A stretch of DNA of 56,743 nucleotides from a virus, in the IMG/VR virus record IMGVR_UViG_3300037484_000539, positions 1 to 56,743 of that record. One strand, 5' to 3'. Shown one piece after another: positions 26,110 through 35,226 of this stretch. The translations under genes were made by a program, and so were the position numbers. Each line of letters begins with the position of its first letter. The first letter of the stretch is position 1. Under the pieces are notes generated by a model. That model saw only the letters and a program-made list of their open reading frames with translations, had not been told where the DNA came from and searched no databases.

Positions 26110-28512
26110 ATGGGGGCGTTGAAGATAAAAGACGCGAGCAAGGTTGAGGAGCTTTGTTGGGCCATGAGGCTCGCCGACCAGCCAAGGTCGGTTGACCGAG
26201 CCTTGATAGACACGCTTTTCAATGGATTCCCTCCCTACACCCAGCATCAGGTTCAGCAGAACAACATCGACGTAAATGTAAATTTTCTTGAACCTACCAA
26301 ACTTGCACAGGACGCCCGCTCCCAGTACGAGACGGCTTACTTCACCCCAAACCAATATTTTCAAGTCCGTGTAGATCGTGGGCCTTCCCATAAGCGGGAC
26401 GAGTGGAGCGAGATAATTACCACTCAATTACGGCGTGCGATGAAGGATGGCCAGTCCGCACAGGTGTATCGAAGACAGAAGTACAGTATTTTCTCCCAGC
26501 TTGTTTTACACGGTTCCGGCCCATTGGTCTGGGGAGACAGGGAGAAGTGGGCACCCACCATGCAGGCGATGGCGGATGTTCTCATACCCAGCCGGACGTT
26601 GCTGACCCTAGAAAACCTGACTCACTTCTCGATCTACCGACGTTACACCGCCGCCGATCTGGCTAGAAAGATAAACGGCCCCAACGTGGACAGGGGTTGG
26701 AAGAAGGAGATTGCCAATAGCTGCATCAGATGGGCGGTAAAGGAATCAGGACAAGCTATTCCCGGTGATGACATGACGTGGAATCAGGAACGGGTGGTGG
26801 CTGACATGAAGGCCAACAGCTTGTTTTATGCTTCTGATGCTGTCCCTACGATCAACTGTTTTGACTTCTACTACTTTGACGAGGAATCCAAAGACGCTGG
26901 ATGGAAGCGAAAGATAGTGTTGGACTCCCCCAGTATAAGTGAAGCCGGAGCCACCAAAGCATCCGTCAAAGAAGCTAAAAACATATTGGAGAAACGAGGC
27001 CAGTACCTCTATGACAGTGGTAGGAACTATGCACCCAAACTCAGCGAGATTATCAACTTCCAGTTCGCGGACGGCTCCGTGGTCGCGCCGAACCGTTACG
27101 ATAGCATTCGATCCCTGGGGTTCCTGCTTTACGCCGTATGTCACTTACAAAACAGGTTACGGTGCTCGCTTACTGCGGCTTCCTTTGAAGCTGCCATGCA
27201 GTATTTCCGAGTTCATAGTCCTGAGGATGTACAACGAGCGATAAGGATCAACCTTGGGAACAAATGCGTCATTCCTGACAATGTTCAATTTGTCGGGGCA
27301 CAGGAGAGATGGAAAGTGGATGCCCAGCTTATCCAGACTGTGATGGGTCTAAACCGCCAGAGCATGGCTGATAATTCCACGGCTTATACCCGAAACTTTG
27401 GACTCAGTGAAAATGAGCCTCGTGAGAAAACAGCCACGCAGATCAACGCGGAAGTAAATGCTGCTACGGCGATGGTCGGGGCGATGCTGGAAACCTCCTA
27501 CGGGGATGCCAAGTTTGAGTACATGGAGGAGTGCCGGAGATTCTGCATTCCCAACAGCAAAGACCCCGATGTAAGAAAATTCAGGCTTAGATGTTTGAAG
27601 GATGGAGTACCCGAAGAAATCCTGAACCCTGAATGCTGGGAGATTTCCGTGGAGCGGGTGATGGGTTCTGGAAATCGGGAGTTAGCCCAAGCCCAAGCGC
27701 AATTGATAATGAGTCAGTACCATTTACTGGAACCGGATGCGCAACGTATTGCTCTGAGGAAGTTCATGTTCGCTGTTACAAACGATGCGGGTGTGACGGA
27801 ATTGTTGGTGCCTCAGAAGCCAAACATGGTTACGGACTCAATCCACGATGCGCAAATGTCCGCTGCTACGATGTTGCTTGGTCTTCCAATGGGGTTGAAG
27901 CAGGGGGTAAGTCACGGAGAATACGCGAGCGTGTTGCTTGGCACCATGAACGTCCAGATTTCCAAAATTGACGGACGTGGAGGGGTTGCAACCGCCGAAG
28001 AAATTACAGGTTTGATGAGTCTGGCCGGTCAGGATGTTGGCGGTCAGCCGTTGATGATGGGAGATCAGCCCGGAAATGGCGCATTTTTCCATATTCAAAT
28101 TCTCAGTCAGGACGCGGGTTCAAAAGAAATTGTCAAACAGCTTGGTGACACCTTAGCTAAGCTGATGAACAGCGTCAGGGCTTACGTTCAAAGATTAGAG
28201 GAGCAGCAGGAGTCGGCACAACAAAACGGAAATGGGCAGCCACCAATAGACCCGGCTTCAGCGGCGAAGATCAAAGGCCAGCTTTTGGCTGCGGAAGTTA
28301 AAGCGGAGAGCATGAGGGAGGCCCATTCCCAAAGGTCTGAGCAGCGCGCCCAAATTCATGCGCAAAATTTGTCTGAACGCCAAGCGGATGCAGAGATGAA
28401 AAACGCACAAGAGGTAAGGAAGACACAGGTGGACGTGGCTGCCAAAGACCTTGTAACGCAGGGGGAAATTCAGCGGATGGCTGCCAAGCCTGACAAACCA
28501 TCCGCTGAATAA
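26110..28512 (+). CDS. Putative portal protein, 800 aa
   Basis: Based on size, position upstream of the scaffold/capsid genes, and a Q/A/E-rich helical C-terminal tail like the P22-type portal barrel. No search was run. Confidence 0.55.
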   Translation: MGALKIKDASKVEELCWAMRLADQPRSVDRALIDTLFNGFPPYTQHQVQQNNIDVNVNFLEPTKLAQDARSQYETAYFTPNQYFQVRVDRGPSHKRDEWSEIITTQLRRAMKDGQSAQVYRRQKYSIFSQLVLHGSGPLVWGDREKWAPTMQAMADVLIPSRTLLTLENLTHFSIYRRYTAADLARKINGPNVDRGWKKEIANSCIRWAVKESGQAIPGDDMTWNQERVVADMKANSLFYASDAVPTINCFDFYYFDEESKDAGWKRKIVLDSPSISEAGATKASVKEAKNILEKRGQYLYDSGRNYAPKLSEIINFQFADGSVVAPNRYDSIRSLGFLLYAVCHLQNRLRCSLTAASFEAAMQYFRVHSPEDVQRAIRINLGNKCVIPDNVQFVGAQERWKVDAQLIQTVMGLNRQSMADNSTAYTRNFGLSENEPREKTATQINAEVNAATAMVGAMLETSYGDAKFEYMEECRRFCIPNSKDPDVRKFRLRCLKDGVPEEILNPECWEISVERVMGSGNRELAQAQAQLIMSQYHLLEPDAQRIALRKFMFAVTNDAGVTELLVPQKPNMVTDSIHDAQMSAATMLLGLPMGLKQGVSHGEYASVLLGTMNVQISKIDGRGGVATAEEITGLMSLAGQDVGGQPLMMGDQPGNGAFFHIQILSQDAGSKEIVKQLGDTLAKLMNSVRAYVQRLEEQQESAQQNGNGQPPIDPASAAKIKGQLLAAEVKAESMREAHSQRSEQRAQIHAQNLSERQADAEMKNAQEVRKTQVDVAAKDLVTQGEIQRMAAKPDKPSAE

Positions 28513-28931
28513 TCCAGCCAATCCCATCCGGTTAATAAGTCTCCCAACCGGCCCGAAACCTTTATGCTCCGCTCCTGCCGTAACAGTACTCACCAATCTT
28601 CACCACTCACTTTGCGTCCTTTCCCCTCCTGCCATTCCGCTCCGGTACGTTCCGTTCCCCACAGTCCGTTATTGTCCTGACCATGCCCGTCGCACCAATC
28701 CTTACCTATCCTGCCGATCCTATACGATCTGCCACGATTTGTTCCGAGACGTTCCGATCCCCGCCTGCCATTCCTGAACCTTCCGTGACGCAACAAACAG
28801 CACCAATCCAATCCTGCCTCTCCGGTATCGTCCGTAACCTGCACACCAATACTTCCTAAACAGCCCTCACCTCTCCTGCCGCTCCGAAGCGCTATCCACC
28901 CGATCCTTTCCGGTACTTACGCATCCTGCCG
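28513..28931. repeat. C-rich, G-poor non-coding spacer with iterated TCCTGCC (6 copies plus 1 CCTGCC) and CACCAAT (4 copies)
   Basis: Lies between convergent genes. CCTGCC starts at 28574, 28628, 28710, 28764, 28813, 28875 and 28925. CACCAAT starts at 28591, 28693, 28801 and 28844. Confidence 0.85.
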
Positions 28932-29762
28932 CTATTCTGTTTCGGAAGCTTGTTCAATATCCTTACCGTGAAGAATGTCACTGATAAGTTGGGGGTCTAT
29001 TTCAGCATCCAGCGCCCAATCAGGTATTGTCAGTGGCACAAGTGGAGCCGCGCATTCTGCTTCGATTGTTCCGATCTCCTTGGCTTCATGGATGTGCCTA
29101 CAAACGCGGAAAGTCCCAAATGTGCCATTCCGCTGCGGCCTCCACTCACCAACCCCGCCTTTTCCAGCGCGGTTCAGCAAGTCCACCACTGTCTGCACCG
29201 AGAGCATATCGCTGAATTCAATAATCATGCGCGCCTTCCAGTTTTGGAACGCGGGACGAAAACGAATATCAGGTGCCCTGTTCATGCCACTTGTGCGCGT
29301 CACGTCCATGCGTGGAATCATCTTGTCAAAGGTGATGGGAATGGAACTGCCCTGCACAAACAGTGAAGTTCGCAGTTGCGTTTTCTTGAACGTTTTGATT
29401 TGGCTGGCTGCGCCAAGCATAGCCTGCTTGAAACAGCTTGGTGAAATGCACACACGTTTGTCCGTGTTGTAAACCGTGGCTTCCTCCAGACATTCGCGGG
29501 GCTTTTTTGGCTCGCGCTGCACCGATATGCCCATGTGCTTTCGCAGCATTTGCTCCACGGATTTCTGGCTGAAGTTGTTTTGTATCAGGTCAGCCGTGCC
29601 CTGAATTTCCAGACACACGCTGAATGTTTTTGGTTGCTGGATCACGAGTGATTTGGCATCAGCAAGAAGCTCTTTAGCTCCATTACGTTTGCTTGCGATG
29701 CGATTGGAGGACGGGAACGTGCGTGCTCCAGCCACTAATTCTGACAGATTTTTGGGTTTCAT
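28932..29762 (-). CDS. Hypothetical phage protein, 276 aa
   Basis: Long ORF containing GKGGVGEWRPQRNGTFGTFRV. It weakly recalls the N4 gp49 / Sf6 gp66 family; this is unverified. Confidence 0.55.
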   Translation of the reverse strand: MKPKNLSELVAGARTFPSSNRIASKRNGAKELLADAKSLVIQQPKTFSVCLEIQGTADLIQNNFSQKSVEQMLRKHMGISVQREPKKPRECLEEATVYNTDKRVCISPSCFKQAMLGAASQIKTFKKTQLRTSLFVQGSSIPITFDKMIPRMDVTRTSGMNRAPDIRFRPAFQNWKARMIIEFSDMLSVQTVVDLLNRAGKGGVGEWRPQRNGTFGTFRVCRHIHEAKEIGTIEAECAAPLVPLTIPDWALDAEIDPQLISDILHGKDIEQASETE

Positions 29763-29804
29763 ATAGTTATGTTGTTTATGGTTGTTGTTTAAGTGGGGCT
29801 GAAA

Positions 29805-30311
29805 TTATTCACCAAGCTGGGTTTCAATTGTTTCGCGCAGCGGCTTGAGTTCCTCAATGTCCACGACCGATTGGCACCACGAGCGAAGGGACGCCTTCTT
29901 CTTTTCGATGATGCCGTTGCGATCCTCGCTGTTCTTGAGCGCGTCGGTGCGCAATTTGAATCCCTCGCCATTGAAGCTGTTGACGAGCTTGCGCACACGG
30001 CAGGACTTGAGCACTTTCATGTGACTGTTTTCCTGCTCAACCAGTTGAACAGTGAAGCGCGAAGAAAGAATCATCGCGTAAGCCTGCATTTTGCGGAACT
30101 TCTCAGCCGCTTCGGCGTCATCCCACTCAAACAGCTTGTGGAGCGGGTGCTGTGTATCACGGGCTTCATTGAGCACCAAATCCACCGTGACGGTTTTGTG
30201 CTTCTTCAACATGCCCTCAAGGGCTGTGTCGATGATGAGTTGTTTTTTCTCGCGCTTGGTTTCGGAACCTAGGTAGCGCACCAGATCGGTTGTGACTGCT
30301 TTTGTTTTCAT
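29805..30311 (-). CDS. Hypothetical protein, 168 aa
   Basis: ATG 30311 lies 33 nt downstream of a minus-strand TTGACA-17-TTTACT promoter. Confidence 0.55.
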   Translation of the reverse strand: MKTKAVTTDLVRYLGSETKREKKQLIIDTALEGMLKKHKTVTVDLVLNEARDTQHPLHKLFEWDDAEAAEKFRKMQAYAMILSSRFTVQLVEQENSHMKVLKSCRVRKLVNSFNGEGFKLRTDALKNSEDRNGIIEKKKASLRSWCQSVVDIEELKPLRETIETQLGE

Positions 30312-30314
30312 GTT

Positions 30315-30349
30315 CTCTTGAGTAAATCAGCATTCCACTTGACTGTCAA
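30315..30349 (-). promoter_or_regulatory. Leftward promoter candidate TTGACA-17-TTTACT
   Basis: Its TTGACA comes from the palindrome CTTGACtGTCAAG, which is shared with the first plus-strand box. Confidence 0.5.
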
Positions 30350-30403
30350 GGAGTATTTCCACTTGACATAAAACAGTGAAAATAGGGTTTTTATCCACTT
30401 GAC
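30333..30403 (+). promoter_or_regulatory. Three tandem boxes: TTCCACTTGAC at 30333 and 30357, ATCCACTTGAC at 30393
   Basis: Read directly. The third copy ends 30 nt before ATG 30434 and has an ATACTT -10-like hexamer after a 17-nt spacer. Confidence 0.7.
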
Positions 30404-30433
30404 TCATAAGGTGGAAAGCGCATACTTCCGGGG

Positions 30434-30661
30434 ATGGATGAACCAATTCAACTCCCCGCCATGAAAAGGCTCTGGCGGGTCAGATTCGCCGATTCATTGG
30501 ACAACCCCAAAATATCCAGCACGGTTCTGGTGAGGGGATCGCAGACCTGTTTTGACGCCATGACGCAGTGCAAGAAATACGAGGGCTGGCAGAACTTTCG
30601 CAAAGCCTATCCTGAAGCGGAGATTGTGGCAGTGGAGTACGGGGGACGAATCGAGAATTAG
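30434..30661 (+). CDS. Hypothetical protein, 75 aa
   Basis: First ORF after the triple box. No SD. Confidence 0.55.
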   Translation: MDEPIQLPAMKRLWRVRFADSLDNPKISSTVLVRGSQTCFDAMTQCKKYEGWQNFRKAYPEAEIVAVEYGGRIEN

Positions 30662-30664
30662 CTA

Positions 30665-31123
30665 ATGATTGAAATTTCCAAATCCTCCACTGCGGATACT
30701 AGAACCTGCGATTTCGCCAACACGCCGAAGAATGTTCTGCTTTCGTCCAGCCTACAGCACATCGGCGACGTGGTAAAAGCTCTAGCCTTCTTCTCTTCCA
30801 AAATCACTGAAGCTGCTGGAGAACACGACTACGATAAGCTTACCTCGATAGACTGGTTTCATGCCGACTTCGTGACTGGCTTCAAACAAACCGGATGGTG
30901 GGATAATCACCGCAAGATTCACCGGCACCACTTGGACAAGGAGGATGGTGTTCCTGCCGATGTGAACCTGCTTGACGTGATTGAACATATCTCTGATTGT
31001 GTGATGGCGGGAATGGCCCGTAGTGGCAGCGTTTACGAATTAAAGTTGTCGGATGAACTGCTTCAGCGAGCTTTTCAGAACACCGTAAAATTGTTAAAGG
31101 AACAAGTAGTAGTAAAACCATGA
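30665..31123 (+). CDS. Hypothetical His-rich protein, 152 aa
   Basis: ORF containing WWDNHRKIHRHHLDKED. Confidence 0.55.
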   Translation: MIEISKSSTADTRTCDFANTPKNVLLSSSLQHIGDVVKALAFFSSKITEAAGEHDYDKLTSIDWFHADFVTGFKQTGWWDNHRKIHRHHLDKEDGVPADVNLLDVIEHISDCVMAGMARSGSVYELKLSDELLQRAFQNTVKLLKEQVVVKP

Positions 31124-31386
31124 CCGCCAAGGAGCGATTTTTAGCAACCCCCGCCGCCAAATCCGTAGCCTCCATGCTGGCCAGCAAGGAATTCGAGACA
31201 GCTTTGGACGTGGCCATTCTGGAAGCCATGCAGGCACTTGGAACCGCTCAGGACTCAGAAAGCGCAGCCGCAAGGCATTGGAGATTGGAAGGGGTTGCAC
31301 TGCTCGCCAGAACTCTGGTAAAAGTGGCTACTCCAGAGGCACAGCCTGTCACGGAACAGTTTGGACACTTGAAAGGGAATGTGTGA
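31120..31386 (+). CDS. Hypothetical protein, 88 aa
   Basis: ORF with an ATGA overlap upstream. Confidence 0.55.
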   Translation: MTAKERFLATPAAKSVASMLASKEFETALDVAILEAMQALGTAQDSESAAARHWRLEGVALLARTLVKVATPEAQPVTEQFGHLKGNV

Positions 31387-31571
31387 AGCCCACGGTGGAA
31401 AATTCGACCTTGCAGGAATTGCAGCTTTTGAAGCGCCAGCTTCAGTCGGCCATTGAAATCGAGCAGTCCCAACAGATGAAGCAAATGACTGAAAAGGAAG
31501 TGCGTGAGCACGTTGAGAAATATGGCCACGGAGCTTTTCTTATCGGGGATTTCGTAATAAAACGCAGATAA
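31383..31571 (+). CDS. Hypothetical coiled-coil protein, 62 aa
   Basis: GTG 31383 overlaps the upstream stop as GTGA (ORF 31278..31571). Confidence 0.45.
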   Translation: MKPTVENSTLQELQLLKRQLQSAIEIEQSQQMKQMTEKEVREHVEKYGHGAFLIGDFVIKRR

Positions 31572-31574
31572 CTT

Positions 31575-32867
31575 ATGCCAGAAGCAGCCGTAGCACCAGC
31601 ACCCACACCCGCTCCAGCCGGGGTTATTGAGTCAGCGCCTAAAACGTCCGTGGATACTTTTCCAGGGCTGTCAGCCGATCTGGACAGCATTATTGGAAAG
31701 TCCGGACTTGGTTCGGATGCTTCCGAGCAAAGGGCTAAGGGGCGGGGGAGAAAAACAGCCGAACCCAAACCTGAAAAACCCAAGGAGGAGAAGGCCATTG
31801 TTCAGGTACCGGACAAGCCGGAAACCAAGCCCGAAGCAAAACCGGAAACCAAACCAGAGTCCAAAGAGGAACCCAAGCCCGAAGACAAATCAGCCGACAA
31901 GCCACCTGAAAAACCCACTGAGACTGCTGGCGAGAAGGCGTTAGGCCCATGGCAGAGAACTCATGCCGCTGAGAGAAAAGTGAAGGAACTGGAGGCCAAG
32001 GTTCAGGAGCTTTCCAACAGAAAACCAACGGACGATCCCGAGAAGCTGGAAATCCAGAAACGGCATGATGACATAGCCAAGAAGTATAAGGAACTGGATG
32101 ATGAAATACGCTACATCAACTACGAAAAGTCCTCCGAGTTTCAGGAGAAGCACCACAAGCCCTACATCGGGGTCTGGAAGGATTCCATCGCCGCCATCGC
32201 GGATTTCACGGTCAACAACGCTGATGGCACAACACGAGCGGCTACGGCTCAAGACCTTGAGAGCATTGTCGCGATTGGAAACAACAAACAAGCCCTCGCA
32301 AAAGCAGAGGAATTATTTGGCAGCGCTGCTGATGCGGCTTTTGTTACAAAGCTACGCGCTGATATTATCTCGGCACATCGTTCAATGGAGGCGGCAAAAC
32401 AGGATTACAGGGCCAAGGGAGAAGAAAGATTCAAGGCTTGGGAAGCTGAACAGACCAAAGCGCAACAGGAGCAGACCAAACAACAGGAGCACTATCAAAG
32501 CCTCTGGAAACAATTCAACGAAGCTGCCTTAGAACAGCATAAGGATTGGTTCGTAGCGGAGGAAGGTGACGAGGAGGGAAAGGAGTTGCTGGCCAAGGGG
32601 TTTGAACTGGCTGATCTTGCGTGGAATGGATCGGACAAGCTCGATCCTGAGAAACTGATTGCCCTTCGTTCCGCCGAGAGAAACAAGGCTGCGGCTTTTC
32701 GTTACATGGTTCACAAAAACGAAAAGGCCAACGCACGAATCGCTGAACTGGAAAAGCAATTGAAGGACTATCAGGATTCCGAGCCGGGAGAGGGCGCGGT
32801 AGAGAGTGACAAGAAAAGTGAAGGTTACGACATTGACGCGGCCATTGCGAAGATTCCAAGGGCGTGA
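31575..32867 (+). CDS. Putative scaffolding protein
   Basis: 430 aa. A KPE-rich disordered N-terminus is followed by long coiled coils. Lies upstream of the putative capsid gene. Confidence 0.5.
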   Translation: MPEAAVAPAPTPAPAGVIESAPKTSVDTFPGLSADLDSIIGKSGLGSDASEQRAKGRGRKTAEPKPEKPKEEKAIVQVPDKPETKPEAKPETKPESKEEPKPEDKSADKPPEKPTETAGEKALGPWQRTHAAERKVKELEAKVQELSNRKPTDDPEKLEIQKRHDDIAKKYKELDDEIRYINYEKSSEFQEKHHKPYIGVWKDSIAAIADFTVNNADGTTRAATAQDLESIVAIGNNKQALAKAEELFGSAADAAFVTKLRADIISAHRSMEAAKQDYRAKGEERFKAWEAEQTKAQQEQTKQQEHYQSLWKQFNEAALEQHKDWFVAEEGDEEGKELLAKGFELADLAWNGSDKLDPEKLIALRSAERNKAAAFRYMVHKNEKANARIAELEKQLKDYQDSEPGEGAVESDKKSEGYDIDAAIAKIPRA

Positions 32868-32888
32868 CCCGGAGGGAACCGGGTAGCC

Positions 32889-32925
32889 AGTGCGTCGGCT
32901 GAGGAGTCGGCGCACTTTTTATTTG
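32889..32925 (+). terminator. Rho-independent terminator
   Basis: 11-bp stem (agtgcgtcggc / gtcggcgcact, with two G-U pairs), a 6-nt loop, then TTTTTATTT. Confidence 0.7.
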
Positions 32926-32971
32926 AGTAAGTACTTGTTACTGTAGAACTCCATGTGGAACAATATCGCGC

Positions 32972-33277
32972 GTGGACAATCCCGTATGTAAGTGTGGAAA
33001 GCCACAGAGGAAGTCGGGTAGATACTGTCTTGCTTGTCACGCTGCCTACCTAAGGAACTGGAGGAAGTCTCACCCGTTAAATGCGGGGCAACTATACAGA
33101 GCCAATGCCCGATCCTACGCTAAAGTATATTTGAAGCGTGGGCTACTCGTGAAACAGCCATGCGCGGTTTGCGGAAATCCAAAATCTCAAATGCACCACG
33201 CTGATTACAGCAAGCCACTCCAAGTAGAGTGGCTATGCCGGAACCATCATTTGGAATTACACTATAAAACCTGTTGA
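32972..33277 (+). CDS. Free-standing HNH endonuclease
   Basis: CAVCGNPKSQMHHADYSKPLQVEWLCRNHHLELH matches the small phage HNH signature. GTG start. Confidence 0.75.
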   Translation: MDNPVCKCGKPQRKSGRYCLACHAAYLRNWRKSHPLNAGQLYRANARSYAKVYLKRGLLVKQPCAVCGNPKSQMHHADYSKPLQVEWLCRNHHLELHYKTC

Positions 33278-33524
33278 CGACAATCAGGAGATGAGATAGA
33301 GATTCGATCAAGCGCCTCAACCAGCGACGGAGTTGCTGGAGGTGGGGAAACATCCAAGACGAGCTTGGATCGGGATTGGCACTAAGGCCATTTTCGTGAT
33401 GCTCTCCGTTTATCGGAGCAAGGGGCCGAAAGCCCTGAAGAACTGGCCAGCTTCAAAAATACACGGTTCGTGAGTCCATACGCATGGTGCGTTGGGCAAT
33501 AGCGGCCAAACTTTTTGAAGCGTT

Positions 33525-34886
33525 ATGGCAGACCAATGTTCCGGCGAGGCATTTGCCCAGTTCCTCGTAGATCAACAGCCTCACTACGACAAGCTCATTC
33601 TCGAAACAGTAGCCCCCACTGATGGGTGGATTGGCCACGTCAGCACCGGGACTCAGGAAGCCGGGGTGGGCAACATCCTCTATCAGGATCGCTTGGAAGG
33701 CGTGTATCCTGACGTGACGCAGATTTGGACGACCCCCAACGACGCCAGTTGTGTGGGTACTCCCTGCGATCCCACCGAGAACGAAATCGGCTACGGGGCT
33801 ACACGTCGTTCCTACGTTCCCCTCATGCAGTCGTGGTCTTCGCAGCTTTTCTGCTATGACCAGATGCTCCCGATTTCGCACGTCAAACCGCATCTCACAC
33901 AGATTATCGGTGGAGTTCTCCGTCCAGCTACGAACACCATCGTATCCAATTTGCTGAAAAAGCAGGCGTTATTGTGGGCGGACACCAAGATTGTCACCGA
34001 TGCCACACTGTCCACCTTCACCTATGCGTGGGTGAGCGTGGGAACCAGCGAGAGATTTCTGGACGTGAGCGTGCTTCCGACAAGCTTGCTCCTTCCCCAG
34101 ATGCTCCAGAGGCAGTACCAGCCCCTCGTAGCACGAGGTTACTTCGGCAAAAACCCATACGCGGGTATGCCGGACATGGCCCCCATCATGGAGCTTGTGA
34201 CCGACATGGACACAGCCCACAGCCTGGAACATCTCGGAGGTTCTCAAGGAGTGGGTGGGATCGCCTCCATCGCGGGAAACTGGCGATTTGAGCAGTTCCC
34301 GGCCTCATCCAAGATGTGGGCGTATGGACTGACCGGCCAAGTCGGCAACTTCGCTGTCCGTGTTGATAAAGAACAATTGAGGTTCAACTTCATCGGGGCT
34401 TCAGGGAATCCGGCGTTGCCTTTCCGGTTGCAAGTGGTGCTTCCGTTCATCAACGTGCCGTCCAGCGGTGCGGGCGGCGCTCCCGGTATTCGGCGTATTC
34501 CCAACCCGGATTACTTCACGGCACAGATTCGCCTCTCCTTCATCTGGCACAAGCGGGCGATAGAAATCCTGACCCAGGAAAGCCCATCCCTGAACCCGAA
34601 CATGCCATTCATGAAGCGGGATTTCGGAGGCAAGTGGTTTTTCGCGATGGACAACATCACTTGCGGACGGGATGTGAACGGCAATCCCATCGCAGTTGAT
34701 AACACCCGGCGTAACAAGGGCATGTTCAAAGCGGACTTCCGCTTCTGGATACGTCCTCTTTACACCGAGTACGCGGTGGCGATATTGCACTTAGGGGAAG
34801 CCATGTGCTTCGTTCCGATTGCTCCGTGTGCGACGCCGAGTTATGCGACGCAGACTTACGGCAGTAGCAATCCTCCTTGCGACTAA
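33525..34886 (+). CDS. Putative major capsid protein, 453 aa
   Basis: Inferred from position after the scaffold-like gene and from size. No motif-level proof. Confidence 0.45.
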   Translation: MADQCSGEAFAQFLVDQQPHYDKLILETVAPTDGWIGHVSTGTQEAGVGNILYQDRLEGVYPDVTQIWTTPNDASCVGTPCDPTENEIGYGATRRSYVPLMQSWSSQLFCYDQMLPISHVKPHLTQIIGGVLRPATNTIVSNLLKKQALLWADTKIVTDATLSTFTYAWVSVGTSERFLDVSVLPTSLLLPQMLQRQYQPLVARGYFGKNPYAGMPDMAPIMELVTDMDTAHSLEHLGGSQGVGGIASIAGNWRFEQFPASSKMWAYGLTGQVGNFAVRVDKEQLRFNFIGASGNPALPFRLQVVLPFINVPSSGAGGAPGIRRIPNPDYFTAQIRLSFIWHKRAIEILTQESPSLNPNMPFMKRDFGGKWFFAMDNITCGRDVNGNPIAVDNTRRNKGMFKADFRFWIRPLYTEYAVAILHLGEAMCFVPIAPCATPSYATQTYGSSNPPCD

Positions 34887-34928
34887 CGTGACAGGCGGCA
34901 GGCGTAAAAACCTGCCGCCTTCAACAAT

Positions 34929-35225
34929 ATGGAGGACGACTTCTACCAGACTTCCAAAACCACTGAAAACGAGGGCAATGAGGACGTTGGCCCTGAGACA
35001 TTCCTCGCCCCCAAGTCAGCCTTCGCCGGGAAGGAACTCAAAGTGGGGAACAAATGTGAGGTGGAGATCAAGAGCCTGATGGATGACGAAGTGGAGTTGG
35101 CTTACGTTCCCCACGAGTCCAAAAAAGAGGAGGGCAGGGAAGTTCCCGACGAAGCTCAGGCCAGCATGGATCGCGGCATCGAAAAGATGCGCCGTGGTGG
35201 TATGGGCATGATGGAGGGGGCGTGA
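34929..35225 (+). CDS. Acidic hypothetical protein, 98 aa
   Basis: ORF directly after the putative capsid gene. Confidence 0.5.
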   Translation: MEDDFYQTSKTTENEGNEDVGPETFLAPKSAFAGKELKVGNKCEVEIKSLMDDEVELAYVPHESKKEEGREVPDEAQASMDRGIEKMRRGGMGMMEGA

Positions 35226-35226
35226 G

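Noticed and set aside
28590-28844. 84-aa minus-strand ORF inside the C-rich spacer
   Set aside because: The product is a Gly/Arg/Trp-rich low-complexity sequence. Its recurring DW(C) pieces are just the reverse complement of the CACCAAT repeats. It has a GTG start with no SD and no coupling to neighbours. The open frame is most likely a side-effect of G-poor composition.
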